A DNA stretch of 64,000 nt from Planctomycetota bacterium (GTDB lineage: Bacteria > Planctomycetota > Planctomycetia > Pirellulales > PNKZ01), in the NCBI GenBank assembly GCA_018242585.1, contig JAFEBQ010000040.1:18090-82089 (forward strand). Reading direction: 5' to 3'. The position numbers were made by a program, and so were the translations under genes. Shown here in pieces: positions 49,184 through 58,773 of this stretch. How positions within the stretch are numbered: position 1 is the first letter of the stretch; every line of letters begins with the position of its first letter. A model generated the notes under the pieces. It was given only the letters and a program-made list of their open reading frames with translations. It had not been told where the DNA came from and ran no database searches.

Positions 49184-50479
49184 TCACCAATTTATCCGAT
49201 CTTCGCCAATCTCCTGCTCGATACGAAGCAAGCGATTGTATTTGGCCAGCCGCTCGCTCCGTTGAATCGCGCCGATCTTGATGTTCTTGGTCGCCGTGCC
49301 GACCGCCAGATCGGCGATCGTCGTGTCCTCGGTTTCGCCACTGCGGGCCGAGATAATCCGGCTGTAGTTCGAGCTTTGTGCCAAGCGCATCGTCCGCAGC
49401 GTCTCGCTCAGCGTCCCCACCTGGTTCGGCTTGATCAGAATGCCATTCGCCGCCCCCAACGAGATGCCGCGGCGCAGGCGGTCCTCGTGCGTGGCGAACA
49501 AATCGTCGCCAATCAGCCGGACGCGCGAACCGATCCGCCGGGTCAGCATTTGCCAACCTTCCCAGTCGTCCTCGGCCATGCCGTCTTCGATGCTAGCAAT
49601 CAGCGGAAACTCTTCGATCAACTGTTCGAGCAGATCGACCATTTGGGCGTTGGTCAGCCGGGTCTTGTTCTCGTCGGACAGTTGGTAGTGTGTCCCGTCA
49701 AAGAACTGGGTGCTGGCCACATCGATCGCCACGGTCACATCCTCACCGGGACGCAGCCGGGCGGCCTCGATCGCGCGGACCAGCAACTCCATCGCGTGCC
49801 GCGAATTCTTCAGCCGCGGCCCGTAGCCCCCTTCGTCGCCGACCAGGCGTCCTTCGTAACCGGCATCGGTCAACACCTTGCCCAAGCGACGCGACACGCG
49901 AACGATCCACTCGAGCGCCTGGGCATAGCTGACCGCGCCGACGGGCATGACCAGGAAGTCTTGAAAGTCCAAGTTGCGGCCCGCGTGCGCGCCGCCGGAA
50001 ATCATGTTCGTCATCGGCAGCGGAATGCGCGGCTGGGACACCGGCGCGCCGGCGGCCACGCGCTGCCACAGCGAATTGATGTGCCGATAAAGCGGAATCC
50101 GCGCCGACTCGGCCGCGGCATGGGCCGTCGCCAGCGAAACTCCCAACAGCGCATTGGCACCGAGCTTGTGCTTGTGCGGCGAGGCGTCCAACTCGCACAG
50201 TCGGCTGTCAATCGTGAATTGCTCGACGGGGTCGGCGCCAATCACGGCCCGCGCGATGAGCGTGCGCACATTGTTCACGGCCTGCAATACGCCGCGTCCG
50301 TCATAGCGCGCCGGGTCGCCGTCGCGCAACTCGTGGGCTTCGGCCTTGCCGGTGCTAGCGCCGGCCGGCACGATGGCGCGACCCGAGCTGCCGTCATCGC
50401 AGCGGATTTCAACTTCCAAGGTGGGATCGCCGCGGCTGTCCAACACTTCGGCGGCGTACACTGCGCTAATCTTGGCCAT
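49184..50479 (-). CDS. eno: Enolase
   Basis: MAKISAVYAAEVLDSRGDPTLEVEI ... IKPNQVGTLSET ... SARSGETEDTTIADLAV. Confidence 0.95.
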   Translation of the reverse strand: MAKISAVYAAEVLDSRGDPTLEVEIRCDDGSSGRAIVPAGASTGKAEAHELRDGDPARYDGRGVLQAVNNVRTLIARAVIGADPVEQFTIDSRLCELDASPHKHKLGANALLGVSLATAHAAAESARIPLYRHINSLWQRVAAGAPVSQPRIPLPMTNMISGGAHAGRNLDFQDFLVMPVGAVSYAQALEWIVRVSRRLGKVLTDAGYEGRLVGDEGGYGPRLKNSRHAMELLVRAIEAARLRPGEDVTVAIDVASTQFFDGTHYQLSDENKTRLTNAQMVDLLEQLIEEFPLIASIEDGMAEDDWEGWQMLTRRIGSRVRLIGDDLFATHEDRLRRGISLGAANGILIKPNQVGTLSETLRTMRLAQSSNYSRIISARSGETEDTTIADLAVGTATKNIKIGAIQRSERLAKYNRLLRIEQEIGEDRINW

Positions 50480-50511
50480 CGTTCCGTCTCGATCGAATGT
50501 CTGGAAATCAA

Positions 50512-51561
50512 TTAACTCAGGCGGGCGAGCACTTCGGCCCAGCCGGCTACCGGCTCACGGAGCAGCGACTGGCACAACGCTCGTATCCGCTGCCGTCGCG
50601 GCTCTTCGTTGAGATACTCGACGCGGCTTTTGCCGTCTAGCCGGGCCCAGGTGCATCCGGCAAAGTTTTGGATCGAGCGACGCGTCAATTCGTCGTAGTC
50701 GGCGGCGCTAACCGCCGTCAACAACTGCTCGCGATATCCCCGCTCGAAACTCGTCATCAATTCTAAATACGCGGCATGGTCGGGACGCTTCAATTCGGCC
50801 TTCAGCGCCAAATGGGCCAGGAACAGCCCCACGTCGAATGCCGGGTCGCCAAAGTGGCCGGTCTCGAAGTCGACCATCATCAAGCCGCCGTCCCAGACCA
50901 GCAGGTTCTTGGGGGTAAAATCGGCGTGAACCAGGCTCAGCCGATGGTCCCAGACCGATTCGACCAGTCCGTTCAACAGCGGCACGTATTCCGGAAACGC
51001 CTGCGCGACCGTGCGATAATACGGATCCAACCGCAGCTCGTCGAACAACGTCCGGTCCCCCAGCCGCTCGGCCAACTCGGCCGACCTCCACGAGGCGGCA
51101 TGTAACCGCCCCAGCAACCGACCGCAGCGCGTGGCGATTTGCTGGTCCGTGCGCCCGGCGAGCAAATCTTGTTTCCAGACGCGATGCTGGCGTGGCGCCG
51201 CCGTCATCGCAAAGCAGTAATTGCTCCGGTCTTCGTGCAGAATCTCCGGCGTCAGGACCGTCGTCCGCGCGTCGGCCGCTCCGGTGCCCAACTCGCGGCA
51301 GACGCGCATCACGTCGACTTCGCGCCAGATGCGCTCGATGCTCGAGAACCAGGGAAGGGCCGTACGAAGTTGCGGCCGGGCCTGCTTGAAGACAAAGTCG
51401 CCGTGGGGCGCCGTAGGACGCGCGACGTAGAAGACCTCGTTCGAGACCCCCCCCGACAACCGCTCGACACGCACCGCTTCACCCGGCTTGATCCACCCCT
51501 GCGAGCGTAAATAGTCGGCGGCGTTCCGCTCGTCGATTTCGAGTTGCAACTGAGGGGGCAT
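50512..51561 (-). CDS. Aminoglycoside-phosphotransferase-fold kinase (methylthioribose-kinase-like)
   Basis: LSGGVSNEVFYV nucleotide-binding region. Catalytic LVHADFTPKNLLV and MVDFETGHFGDPAFDVG. Internal ATG at 51561 preferred. Confidence 0.7.
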   Translation of the reverse strand: MPPQLQLEIDERNAADYLRSQGWIKPGEAVRVERLSGGVSNEVFYVARPTAPHGDFVFKQARPQLRTALPWFSSIERIWREVDVMRVCRELGTGAADARTTVLTPEILHEDRSNYCFAMTAAPRQHRVWKQDLLAGRTDQQIATRCGRLLGRLHAASWRSAELAERLGDRTLFDELRLDPYYRTVAQAFPEYVPLLNGLVESVWDHRLSLVHADFTPKNLLVWDGGLMMVDFETGHFGDPAFDVGLFLAHLALKAELKRPDHAAYLELMTSFERGYREQLLTAVSAADYDELTRRSIQNFAGCTWARLDGKSRVEYLNEEPRRQRIRALCQSLLREPVAGWAEVLARLS

Positions 51562-51916
51562 AGACCGGTAGTTTATTCCCTGGGACGGCCCAAATGAATC
51601 CCATCCGCGGCACGAATGCCGCTGCCTGAACTCCTTGTGACAGAAACGGTTCCGGCGCGCCCAACCACGGCGATCGGGTCGCCTAGGGCAGATTACTTGT
51701 TCGTCTTGGGTTAGCCGTTCATTCGTGAGCTTACCCACCCAGCAGCCGTTTGACGGGCAACCGGTCGACGCCTAAACTCATCGGTCATTAAGTCTTACAT
51801 TGAACGCCGCCCGCAGGGCCGCGCGATTTGGCGACCCATCAGTTCTGACGCCGCCCGCTTCCCAAACGCGCCATCGCCGGCACGCACGTACTCTACCTAT
51901 CGCACTGGAACAATCT

Positions 51917-54001
51917 ATGGCTAGCACAGTTACGTCGGTTCCGACCGGCGAGCAGACCAATCTGGAACAGCTTTCGATCAACACCATCCGCACGCTAGCA
52001 ATGGACGGGGTCGAGGCCGCGAACAGTGGTCACCCCGGCACGCCGATGGCGCTGGCCCCGATTGCCCACAGCCTGTGGAACGAAGTGCTCCGCTACAACC
52101 CGGACGACGCCACGTGGATGAACCGCGACCGGTTCGTGCTGTCGTGTGGCCACGCCTCGATGCTGTTGTACGCCACGCTACACCTGGCCCAGGTCAAGCA
52201 GTTGGATCACGATGGCAAGCCGACCGGCGAGTTGGCGGTGCCCTTGGAACACATCAAGAAATTCCGCCAGTTGCACTTCCGCTGCCCGGGCCATCCGGAA
52301 AGCTACGAGACCACTGGCGTTGAAACGACCACCGGCCCGTTGGGCCAAGGCTGCGGCAACAGCGTCGGTATGGCCATCGCCAGCCGCTGGCTGGCGGCGC
52401 GCTATAACCAGCCCGGCTTCGAGCTGTTCAACTTCAACGTCTATGCGCTGTGCAGCGACGGCGACCTGATGGAAGGGGTCTCGGCCGAGGCGGCCTCAAT
52501 CGCCGGCCACTTGAAGCTGTCGAACCTGTGCTGGATTTACGACGACAACAAGATCACGATCGAAGGGGACACCTCGCTGGCCTTTACCGAAGACGTGGCC
52601 ACGCGCTTCAAGGGTTATGGCTGGAATGTCCTGAAGATCGACGACGCCAACGACACCGCGGCGCTGTTGAAGGCTTATAAGCGTTTTCAGCGCACCAAGA
52701 CCGGGCCGACCCTCATTGTGGTGCGCAGCCACATCGCCTGGGGCGCGCCAAACAAGCAAGACACTCATGGCGCTCACGGCGCGCCGCTGGGGGCCGAGGA
52801 AATCAAGCTCACCAAGGCGGCCTACGGCTGGCCCGAGACGGCCCAGTTCCTGGTCCCCGACGAGGTGACGCAACTATGGCACGAGAAAGTCGGCGAGCGC
52901 GGCCGCAAGCTGCAGAAGAACTGGCAACGCAAGTACAAGCAATATGCCAAGCAGCACCCGGCGCTGCACGCCGAGTTGGAAGCGATGCGCAAGCGCGACG
53001 TGCCGGCTGATTTCGACGCCAACATCGCGCCCTTCGCCGCCGACGCCAAGGGAATGGCCAGCCGCGTCTCGGGCGGCAAGGTGCTGAACGCCATCGCCCC
53101 GAAGATCCCCTGGTTCATTGGCGGTTCGGCCGACCTGGCGCCATCGACGATGACGCTGATTACTGGCGAAGCGGGCGATTTCGAAGCACAGAACTACGCG
53201 GGCCGAAACTTCCACTGGGGCATTCGCGAGCACGGCATGGCCGCCGCGCTGAACGGCATGGCCCTCAGCGGCCTGCGTCCCTACGGCGCGACGTTCTTCG
53301 TGTTTACCGATTACCTGCGGCCCTCGCTGCGATTGTCGGCCATCTCGAAGCTGCCGGTGGTGTATGTCCTGACCCACGATTCGATCGGCGTCGGCGAAGA
53401 CGGCCCCACCCATCAACCGGTCGAGCACCTGTCGGCTCTGCGGGCGATTCCGAACCTGATCACCATGCGCCCCGGCGACGCCAACGAAGTGGCCGAGGCC
53501 TATCGTGTGGCGCTGCGCAGCAAGACCCAACCAGTGGCGATGGTCCTATCGCGGCAGAACCTGCCCACGCTCGACCGGACGAAGTACGCCTCGGCCGAGG
53601 GTGTCTCGCGCGGCGGCTATGTGCTGGCCGATGCGTCGCAGAACGCCCCCAGCCTGATCTTGATCGCCACGGGCAGCGAGTTGTTTATCGCCGTTGACGC
53701 CTACGAAAAGCTGACCGCCGCGGGTGTTGCGGCTCGCCTGGTGAGCATGCCCAGTTGGGAAGTCTTTGACGCCCAGGATGAAGCCTACCGCGACAGCGTC
53801 CTGCCGCCGGCCGTCGCGCCGCGCGTGGCCGTCGAAGCGGGCATCCGTCACGGCTGGGACAAGTACCTGGGCCGCCAGGGGCGCTTTGTCGGCATGCACG
53901 GCTACGGGGCCAGCGGCCCGGCCGGCACGCTGTACAAGCACTTCGGCATCACGGCCGACCACGTGGTGGCGGAAGCCAAGTCGCTGCTCGGCGCGAGCTG
54001 A
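51917..54001 (+). CDS. tkt: Transketolase
   Basis: IRTLAMDGVEAANSGHPGTPMALAP, CSDGDLMEGVS, IREHGMAA and HDSIGVGEDGPTHQP motifs. Internal ATG at 51917 preferred. Confidence 0.95.
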   Translation: MASTVTSVPTGEQTNLEQLSINTIRTLAMDGVEAANSGHPGTPMALAPIAHSLWNEVLRYNPDDATWMNRDRFVLSCGHASMLLYATLHLAQVKQLDHDGKPTGELAVPLEHIKKFRQLHFRCPGHPESYETTGVETTTGPLGQGCGNSVGMAIASRWLAARYNQPGFELFNFNVYALCSDGDLMEGVSAEAASIAGHLKLSNLCWIYDDNKITIEGDTSLAFTEDVATRFKGYGWNVLKIDDANDTAALLKAYKRFQRTKTGPTLIVVRSHIAWGAPNKQDTHGAHGAPLGAEEIKLTKAAYGWPETAQFLVPDEVTQLWHEKVGERGRKLQKNWQRKYKQYAKQHPALHAELEAMRKRDVPADFDANIAPFAADAKGMASRVSGGKVLNAIAPKIPWFIGGSADLAPSTMTLITGEAGDFEAQNYAGRNFHWGIREHGMAAALNGMALSGLRPYGATFFVFTDYLRPSLRLSAISKLPVVYVLTHDSIGVGEDGPTHQPVEHLSALRAIPNLITMRPGDANEVAEAYRVALRSKTQPVAMVLSRQNLPTLDRTKYASAEGVSRGGYVLADASQNAPSLILIATGSELFIAVDAYEKLTAAGVAARLVSMPSWEVFDAQDEAYRDSVLPPAVAPRVAVEAGIRHGWDKYLGRQGRFVGMHGYGASGPAGTLYKHFGITADHVVAEAKSLLGAS

Positions 54002-54071
54002 GCGCTGCTTTGAAGAGTGCGAAGCAAGAGCCGACGTCTTTCAGCTCAAATTCATCACCGACTCGAAATCA

Positions 54072-54210
54072 GCCCTTCTCCCCTTGTGAGAGAAGGTGGC
54101 CGAAGGCCGGATGCTGGGTGATGAAGTGGGTACTCGCGCGAGCTTGTGGCTTACCCCTCACCCCGCTCGCTACGCGAACGACCCTCTCCCGCAAGGGGCG
54201 AGGGTAAAGG
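54072..54210 (-). repeat. Composite REP/MITE-like element, copy B (inverted, one half divergent)
   Basis: Hairpin CCTTCTC...GAGAAGG (54074-54096) followed by GTGGCCGAAGGCCGGATG. Then TTACCCCTCACCCCGCTCGCTACGCGAACGACCCTCTCCCGCAAGGGGCGAGGGT, which is the reverse complement of the hairpin-1 module of copies A and C. Confidence 0.7.
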
Positions 54211-54228
54211 CGTCGGCGGTTTGCCGCC

Positions 54229-57200
54229 TTACGGCAACTGCATGATGTACGCGATCACGTCGGCCATTGATTGCTGGTCGATCTGCTTTTCCAGCCCCTC
54301 GGGCATGATCGATGCGCCGGTGCCGCGCAGTTCGTCGATGTCGATCCGCAGCACGGTGTCCTGTTGATTCTCGGCCCGCTTCAGCGTGACGCTCGTGGCG
54401 GTTTCCGAGGCCAACATGCCCGCCAGCGACCGTCCATCGGTCGTCAAGCAGACGTAGTTCACGAACTGCGGGTTCACTTCGCGGCTGGGGTCCAAGACGT
54501 TGAGCAGAATCGCCTCGGGCCCGCGCGACTTCATCGTCGACAAGTTTGGCCCGATTTCAAAGCCGACGTTCTCGGCACGATGGCACGTGGCGCAGATCTT
54601 GCCGAACACCAGCTTGCCGCGGGCCGGATCGCCCGACATTTTCAACACGCCACGGTAGGCGTCGACTACGTCCTGCCGGCGCGCGACCTTGGTGGCGCTT
54701 AACAACTGCTGCGCCTTGGGACGCTTGCGCGGGTCGTTGCCGCTCATCAAGCGAGCCGCGTGGGCTGGATCGATCTCGTGCGCCGGGAACTGCTCGGCCT
54801 CGACCGCATCGAGCAGCAGGCCGACACGATCCGATCGCGTCATCAGCATATCGAGCGCCGCCGATTTGACGCGCGGACTCAGGGCCGACCATTGCGCGAT
54901 CACCGGCCGCGCGACTTCCCCTTCGCGAAACTCATCCAGGGCCGAGATCATCGCCAACTGCACTTCAGCAGGTTGCTTACTGTCGAGCAGTTGCGGCGCG
55001 ATAGCCAGGGCCGCGCTCAGTTCGCCCATCGAGAACCAGGAGATCGCCTCGGTCCGCTTGGCCAGCGCCAGCTTGGCATCAAGCGCCGTCGTCGAGGCGG
55101 CGGCCAGCGTCGAGCGCATGTCGATCAGAGGCGTCGAGCCGTCCGAGCCGAATAACTGCCGGCGGGCTTCGCCGCCCCGACCGTCCATCATGCCGCGGGC
55201 AATCACCTTGCCAATCGCCAGTTCGCCCGCTGGAACCGCCTTTAAAGCGTTCGCGACCAGCGCCACCTCGTCGGCCCGATTGCGTCGCGAAACCTGGGTA
55301 GCCAGCGAGATCAGCAAGGGCCGAATGGCGGTCGATTGGCGCACCTCGGCGTCGGCCAGCAAGTCAGCCAGCACCGGCGCGGCGTCGTCAGCCAACGAAC
55401 TTTGAATCGCCACTCGCATCCAGCGGTCGCCACCGTCGCGCTTGGCCAACTGGGTCAGCGGCCCGCGTCGCTCGGTCGCTGGCAGATAGCCCAGCGTGAA
55501 CGCCAATTGATAACGCACCAGCATGCTCGGGTCGTCAACTAGTTTCAGGATAGCGGCCGCCAACTCGGGCGACTTGGCGAACTTCGCCTCCGACAGGCGA
55601 ATCGCATGCCGGCGGACATGCTCGTTCTTGTTGATCATGCCGCTGATCAGAATGAATGGATCGAGCCGATCGAGCCCGGCCAGCGTGTACATCCCCTGGA
55701 TCGAGTAAACCGGGTCTTCCGAGACAAACAATGACGCGATGATCATCAGGCTGGCCTGCTTATCTTGCCGCTCATAGAGCAGCCGCGCCGCCGTCTCGCG
55801 ATGCCAGGCGTTCTTGTGCGCCAGCAAGTTCACCAACTCGTTGGTCGTCGCTTTGCCCAACTTGGGGAGCGGCCCGGGCTTAAAGCCGGGCGGGACAATT
55901 CGATAGAGCCGGCCGCGGTCCTGGCCGCTGCTGGTGTCGAGATGCTTCTTGATCACTTCGGGAATCGAGCCGGGGTGCTCGATCATTTCGCGGTACATGT
56001 CGATCACATACAGCGCCCCTTCGGGCCCGTTGGTGAATTGCACGGGGCGAAACCAAATGTCGGTCGACGTCAGCAACTCGCTCTGCTGGTCCATGCGCTC
56101 GGCTTTGTATTGCAGCCCTTCGAGGCTGAGCCGCTTGCGATGGACCAGGTTGCTGCCGACGTCGGCCACAATGGCCAGCCCAGCGAACTCGGGTGGCAGA
56201 ATGCTGCCGCGGTAGATCGTCACTCCCGTCGCGCCGGTGAAGTAGCCCGCCGCCCGGCCGCCCCCTTCGACGGCCCCCTTCACAGCGCCCGAGACGCGCA
56301 ACCGAGTGCGCACCACGCGCCACGGCTCGACCGGACTGGCCCGATAAACTTCGGCCTGCGGACCATCGGCGGCGACCGAGACCCGCGCGCTCGGCACGCT
56401 CAGGTACGGGTTCCGCGAGGCGTAGCGGTCCTCGAACATCACTTGCTGAATATGGTCGCTATTGGACGAAACGAATTTCGTGCCGAAGTTATCGAACGAC
56501 ATTCCGTGCTGCGCGCCGCCGCTGGTGGCGCGGATGTCGCGTGTGCGCGGATCGAAGTCAAAATCACGTCCCCGCAGGTTCAACGCCTTGAACTTGGGAT
56601 CGTCTGGCCGGGTGATCTCGCCGCCGGTGCTGCTGGCCGAGCCGTGAATCCGGTTGTCGAACGTCCACAGGAACGTGTTCAGCAACCCTTGCACATTGGT
56701 GACCGCGAAGCCGGTGTAAACCACTTCGCGCCGGTCGGCGCGGCCGTCGCCGTCGGTGTCTTTCAGGTAGTAAATGTTCGGCGCGTCGCCGACGAACAGC
56801 CCGCCGTCCCAGCAGGCCAACGCCGTCGGCCAGAGCAGATTGTCGGCGAACACTTCGGCCCGATCATAGCGCCCGTCGCCGTTGTCGTCGTGCAAACAGC
56901 GAATGCGCGACAGCTTCTCGTCGCGCTTTTCGCTGTAGCCGCGCATTTCGCAGACGTACAGGTTGCAGTTCTCGTCCCAGGCGACGGCCACGGGGCTGGC
57001 AATCAGCGGCTCGGCGACGACTTGCTCGATGCGAACCTCGGATTTGAGTTGAAACGTCTTGATCGCGTCGGCCGGCTCGACCGGGGCCAGGCGGGGCAAC
57101 TCGGCCGAAAAGTCCTGGTTATCGACTGCTTCGGGCGCGGCCGGAGGGGCGGGCTTGGCGGCCGGCTCGGCAGCAACTGCCGAGGTGCAAACGACCGCAG

Positions 57201-57273
57201 CGGCAAGCACTCCCGCTAGGGCGGACGACGCTACAGTGATTTGCGAGACCGGGAACCAGCGCGACGCAACCAT
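54229..57273 (-). CDS. PVC-type heme-binding CxxCH protein (membrane-bound dehydrogenase-like domain, HEAT repeats, cytochrome c domain), full length
   Basis: Signal peptide. FRPVQFTNGPEGALYVIDMYREMIEHPGSIPE, HEAT-like repeats, and C-terminal CATCH heme motif. Paralog of 1-2352. Internal ATG at 57273 preferred. Confidence 0.88.
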   Translation of the reverse strand: MVASRWFPVSQITVASSALAGVLAAAVVCTSAVAAEPAAKPAPPAAPEAVDNQDFSAELPRLAPVEPADAIKTFQLKSEVRIEQVVAEPLIASPVAVAWDENCNLYVCEMRGYSEKRDEKLSRIRCLHDDNGDGRYDRAEVFADNLLWPTALACWDGGLFVGDAPNIYYLKDTDGDGRADRREVVYTGFAVTNVQGLLNTFLWTFDNRIHGSASSTGGEITRPDDPKFKALNLRGRDFDFDPRTRDIRATSGGAQHGMSFDNFGTKFVSSNSDHIQQVMFEDRYASRNPYLSVPSARVSVAADGPQAEVYRASPVEPWRVVRTRLRVSGAVKGAVEGGGRAAGYFTGATGVTIYRGSILPPEFAGLAIVADVGSNLVHRKRLSLEGLQYKAERMDQQSELLTSTDIWFRPVQFTNGPEGALYVIDMYREMIEHPGSIPEVIKKHLDTSSGQDRGRLYRIVPPGFKPGPLPKLGKATTNELVNLLAHKNAWHRETAARLLYERQDKQASLMIIASLFVSEDPVYSIQGMYTLAGLDRLDPFILISGMINKNEHVRRHAIRLSEAKFAKSPELAAAILKLVDDPSMLVRYQLAFTLGYLPATERRGPLTQLAKRDGGDRWMRVAIQSSLADDAAPVLADLLADAEVRQSTAIRPLLISLATQVSRRNRADEVALVANALKAVPAGELAIGKVIARGMMDGRGGEARRQLFGSDGSTPLIDMRSTLAAASTTALDAKLALAKRTEAISWFSMGELSAALAIAPQLLDSKQPAEVQLAMISALDEFREGEVARPVIAQWSALSPRVKSAALDMLMTRSDRVGLLLDAVEAEQFPAHEIDPAHAARLMSGNDPRKRPKAQQLLSATKVARRQDVVDAYRGVLKMSGDPARGKLVFGKICATCHRAENVGFEIGPNLSTMKSRGPEAILLNVLDPSREVNPQFVNYVCLTTDGRSLAGMLASETATSVTLKRAENQQDTVLRIDIDELRGTGASIMPEGLEKQIDQQSMADVIAYIMQLP

Positions 57274-57532
57274 CGAGCACCTCGACGAGCCGAGAAGTAG
57301 TGGGGGAGGGGAGCAGGCGGGCGGGAGCAAAACTGTATTCACTTTTAGTAGAACCAACGGGCCCTGCCTAGCCTTTGCCAGACGGAATTATGCCCCGTCG
57401 CGGCGGTTGATGCGCCTAAGTCGTTGCGGAAATGGCCCTCGGCACGCGTGGATCGCTGTCTTGATTTGGCGCGACGGGGGACTTAGCCTGGGCCTGCACC
57501 CATTGTTTTGTCACTCTGGTGAGGTTCCGCGC

Positions 57533-58432
57533 GTGAAGACGATTGAAGATCTGATCTCGGCCTGCCGTGTGCCGCCCGGCAAGAAGATTGCGCTCAAGGA
57601 ATACGACCCCAGTTGGGCCGGCGACAAGAAGATTCCCAAGGCCGACCGCAAGGCGACAGCCAAGGAGCTCCTGACCGAGAAGGTCGACGCGCTGGCTAGC
57701 GCGCAGGAGTTGCTCTACGCCTCGGACACGTATAGCGTCTTGATCGTGCTCCAGGCCATGGACGCGGCCGGCAAGGACGGCACGATCAAGCACGTGATGT
57801 CAGGGGTCAACCCTCAGGGTTGCGAAGTAGCCAGCTTCAAGCACCCTTCGGCCGAGGAGTTGGACCATAACTTCCTCTGGCGGTACTCGCGCTTTTTGCC
57901 CGAGCGCGGGCGAATCGGCATTTTCAACCGCTCGTACTACGAAGAAGTGCTGGTCGTGAAGGTCCACCCCAAACTGGTCACCGCCCAGCGAATTCCCGCC
58001 GCCAAGCCGAACAAAGAGTTCTGGCAAGCCCGCTACGAAGACATCAACGCCTTTGAGCGGCACCTGATCCGCAACGGGACGAAGATTTTCAAGTTCTTTC
58101 TGAACCTGTCCAAGGAAGAGCAGCGCAAGCGATTCCTCGAGCGGCTCGACAATCCGGACAAACATTGGAAGTTCTCGCCGGCCGATCTCAAGGAACGGCA
58201 GTACTGGGACCAGTACACCAACGCCTACGAGGACTGTCTGAGCGCCACCAGCAGCAAGGACGCCCCCTGGCACGTGATTCCCGCCGATCACAAGTGGGTC
58301 AGCCGCGCGCTGGTCGCGGCCATCATCAGTCGCGGGATCAATTCGCTGGGGCTGACGGCGCCCAAGGTGGACGACGCCAAGCGGAAGCTCCTGGCCGAGG
58401 CGCGCAAGGAACTCGAAGCCGAGGAAGAGTAA
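57533..58432 (+). CDS. ppk2: Polyphosphate kinase 2 family protein
   Basis: LIVLQAMDAAGKDGTIKHV (Walker-A-like), FLWRYSRFLPERGRIGIFNRSYYEEV, and KFFLNLSKEEQRKRF. The GTG at 57533 gives a ~299-aa product typical of single-domain PPK2. Confidence 0.85.
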   Translation: MKTIEDLISACRVPPGKKIALKEYDPSWAGDKKIPKADRKATAKELLTEKVDALASAQELLYASDTYSVLIVLQAMDAAGKDGTIKHVMSGVNPQGCEVASFKHPSAEELDHNFLWRYSRFLPERGRIGIFNRSYYEEVLVVKVHPKLVTAQRIPAAKPNKEFWQARYEDINAFERHLIRNGTKIFKFFLNLSKEEQRKRFLERLDNPDKHWKFSPADLKERQYWDQYTNAYEDCLSATSSKDAPWHVIPADHKWVSRALVAAIISRGINSLGLTAPKVDDAKRKLLAEARKELEAEEE

Positions 58433-58455
58433 CTCGCCTTATCAGCAATTAATTT

Positions 58456-58539
58456 GGGTGCCATGCTCAAGCCCTTAAGGCTTGAGCATGCCGATTTCGC
58501 GCTTCGCATGCTCAAACAAGAAGTTTGAGCATGGCACCC
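58456..58539. repeat. Nested four-arm palindrome built on CATGCTCAA / TTGAGCATG
   Basis: Hairpin A: 58462-58473 pairs with 58479-58490 (12 bp). Hairpin B: 58507-58517 pairs with 58523-58533 (11 bp). The outer arms GGGTGCCATGCTCAA (58456-58470) and TTGAGCATGGCACCC (58525-58539) are also complementary. Confidence 0.8.
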
Positions 58540-58618
58540 GTTTATTTCGGAGAAGCGACTGATAGCTTCCACCCTGCTGACAAAACGGCGGGCATTGCGG
58601 TATCATCGCGGCTGCCTG

Positions 58619-58733
58619 ACACCTCTCCCTTTCAGGGAGAGGTCGCGAACGAAGTGAGCGGGTGAGGGTAGAGGCGTTCTCGGCCAATAACGTCTCCACC
58701 CTCCCCTAGCCCCTCCCTGGAAGGGAGGGGTGT
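58619..58733 (+). repeat. Composite REP/MITE-like element, copy C (compact form)
   Basis: CCTCTCCCTTTCAGGGAGAGG (58622-58642) followed by TCGCGAACGAAGTGAGCGGGTGAGGGTAGAGG. Distal hairpin CCCCTCCCTGGAAGGGAGGGG (58710-58730). Confidence 0.8.
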
Positions 58734-58773
58734 TTCCGATTGCCTTTGGCAGTCATTGCACTGAAGGACATCA

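Noticed and set aside
55765-57219. 484-aa plus-strand ORF. Similar cases: 60220-61818 (-), 59020-60210 (-), 49262-50515 (+), 29540-30226 (+)
   Set aside because: Each is antisense to a gene with unambiguous catalytic motifs (heme protein, glnS, gltX, eno, ptsI). All are high-GC shadow ORFs.
57059-57532. N-terminal extension of the ppk2 ORF. Similar extensions occur at 51800, 51738, 19464, 57357, 45103, 42088, 39227, 35701 and 46596
   Set aside because: The extensions overlap neighbouring genes or lack homology to the family N-termini. Internal ATG/GTG starts give canonical lengths, signal peptides or Shine-Dalgarno sites.
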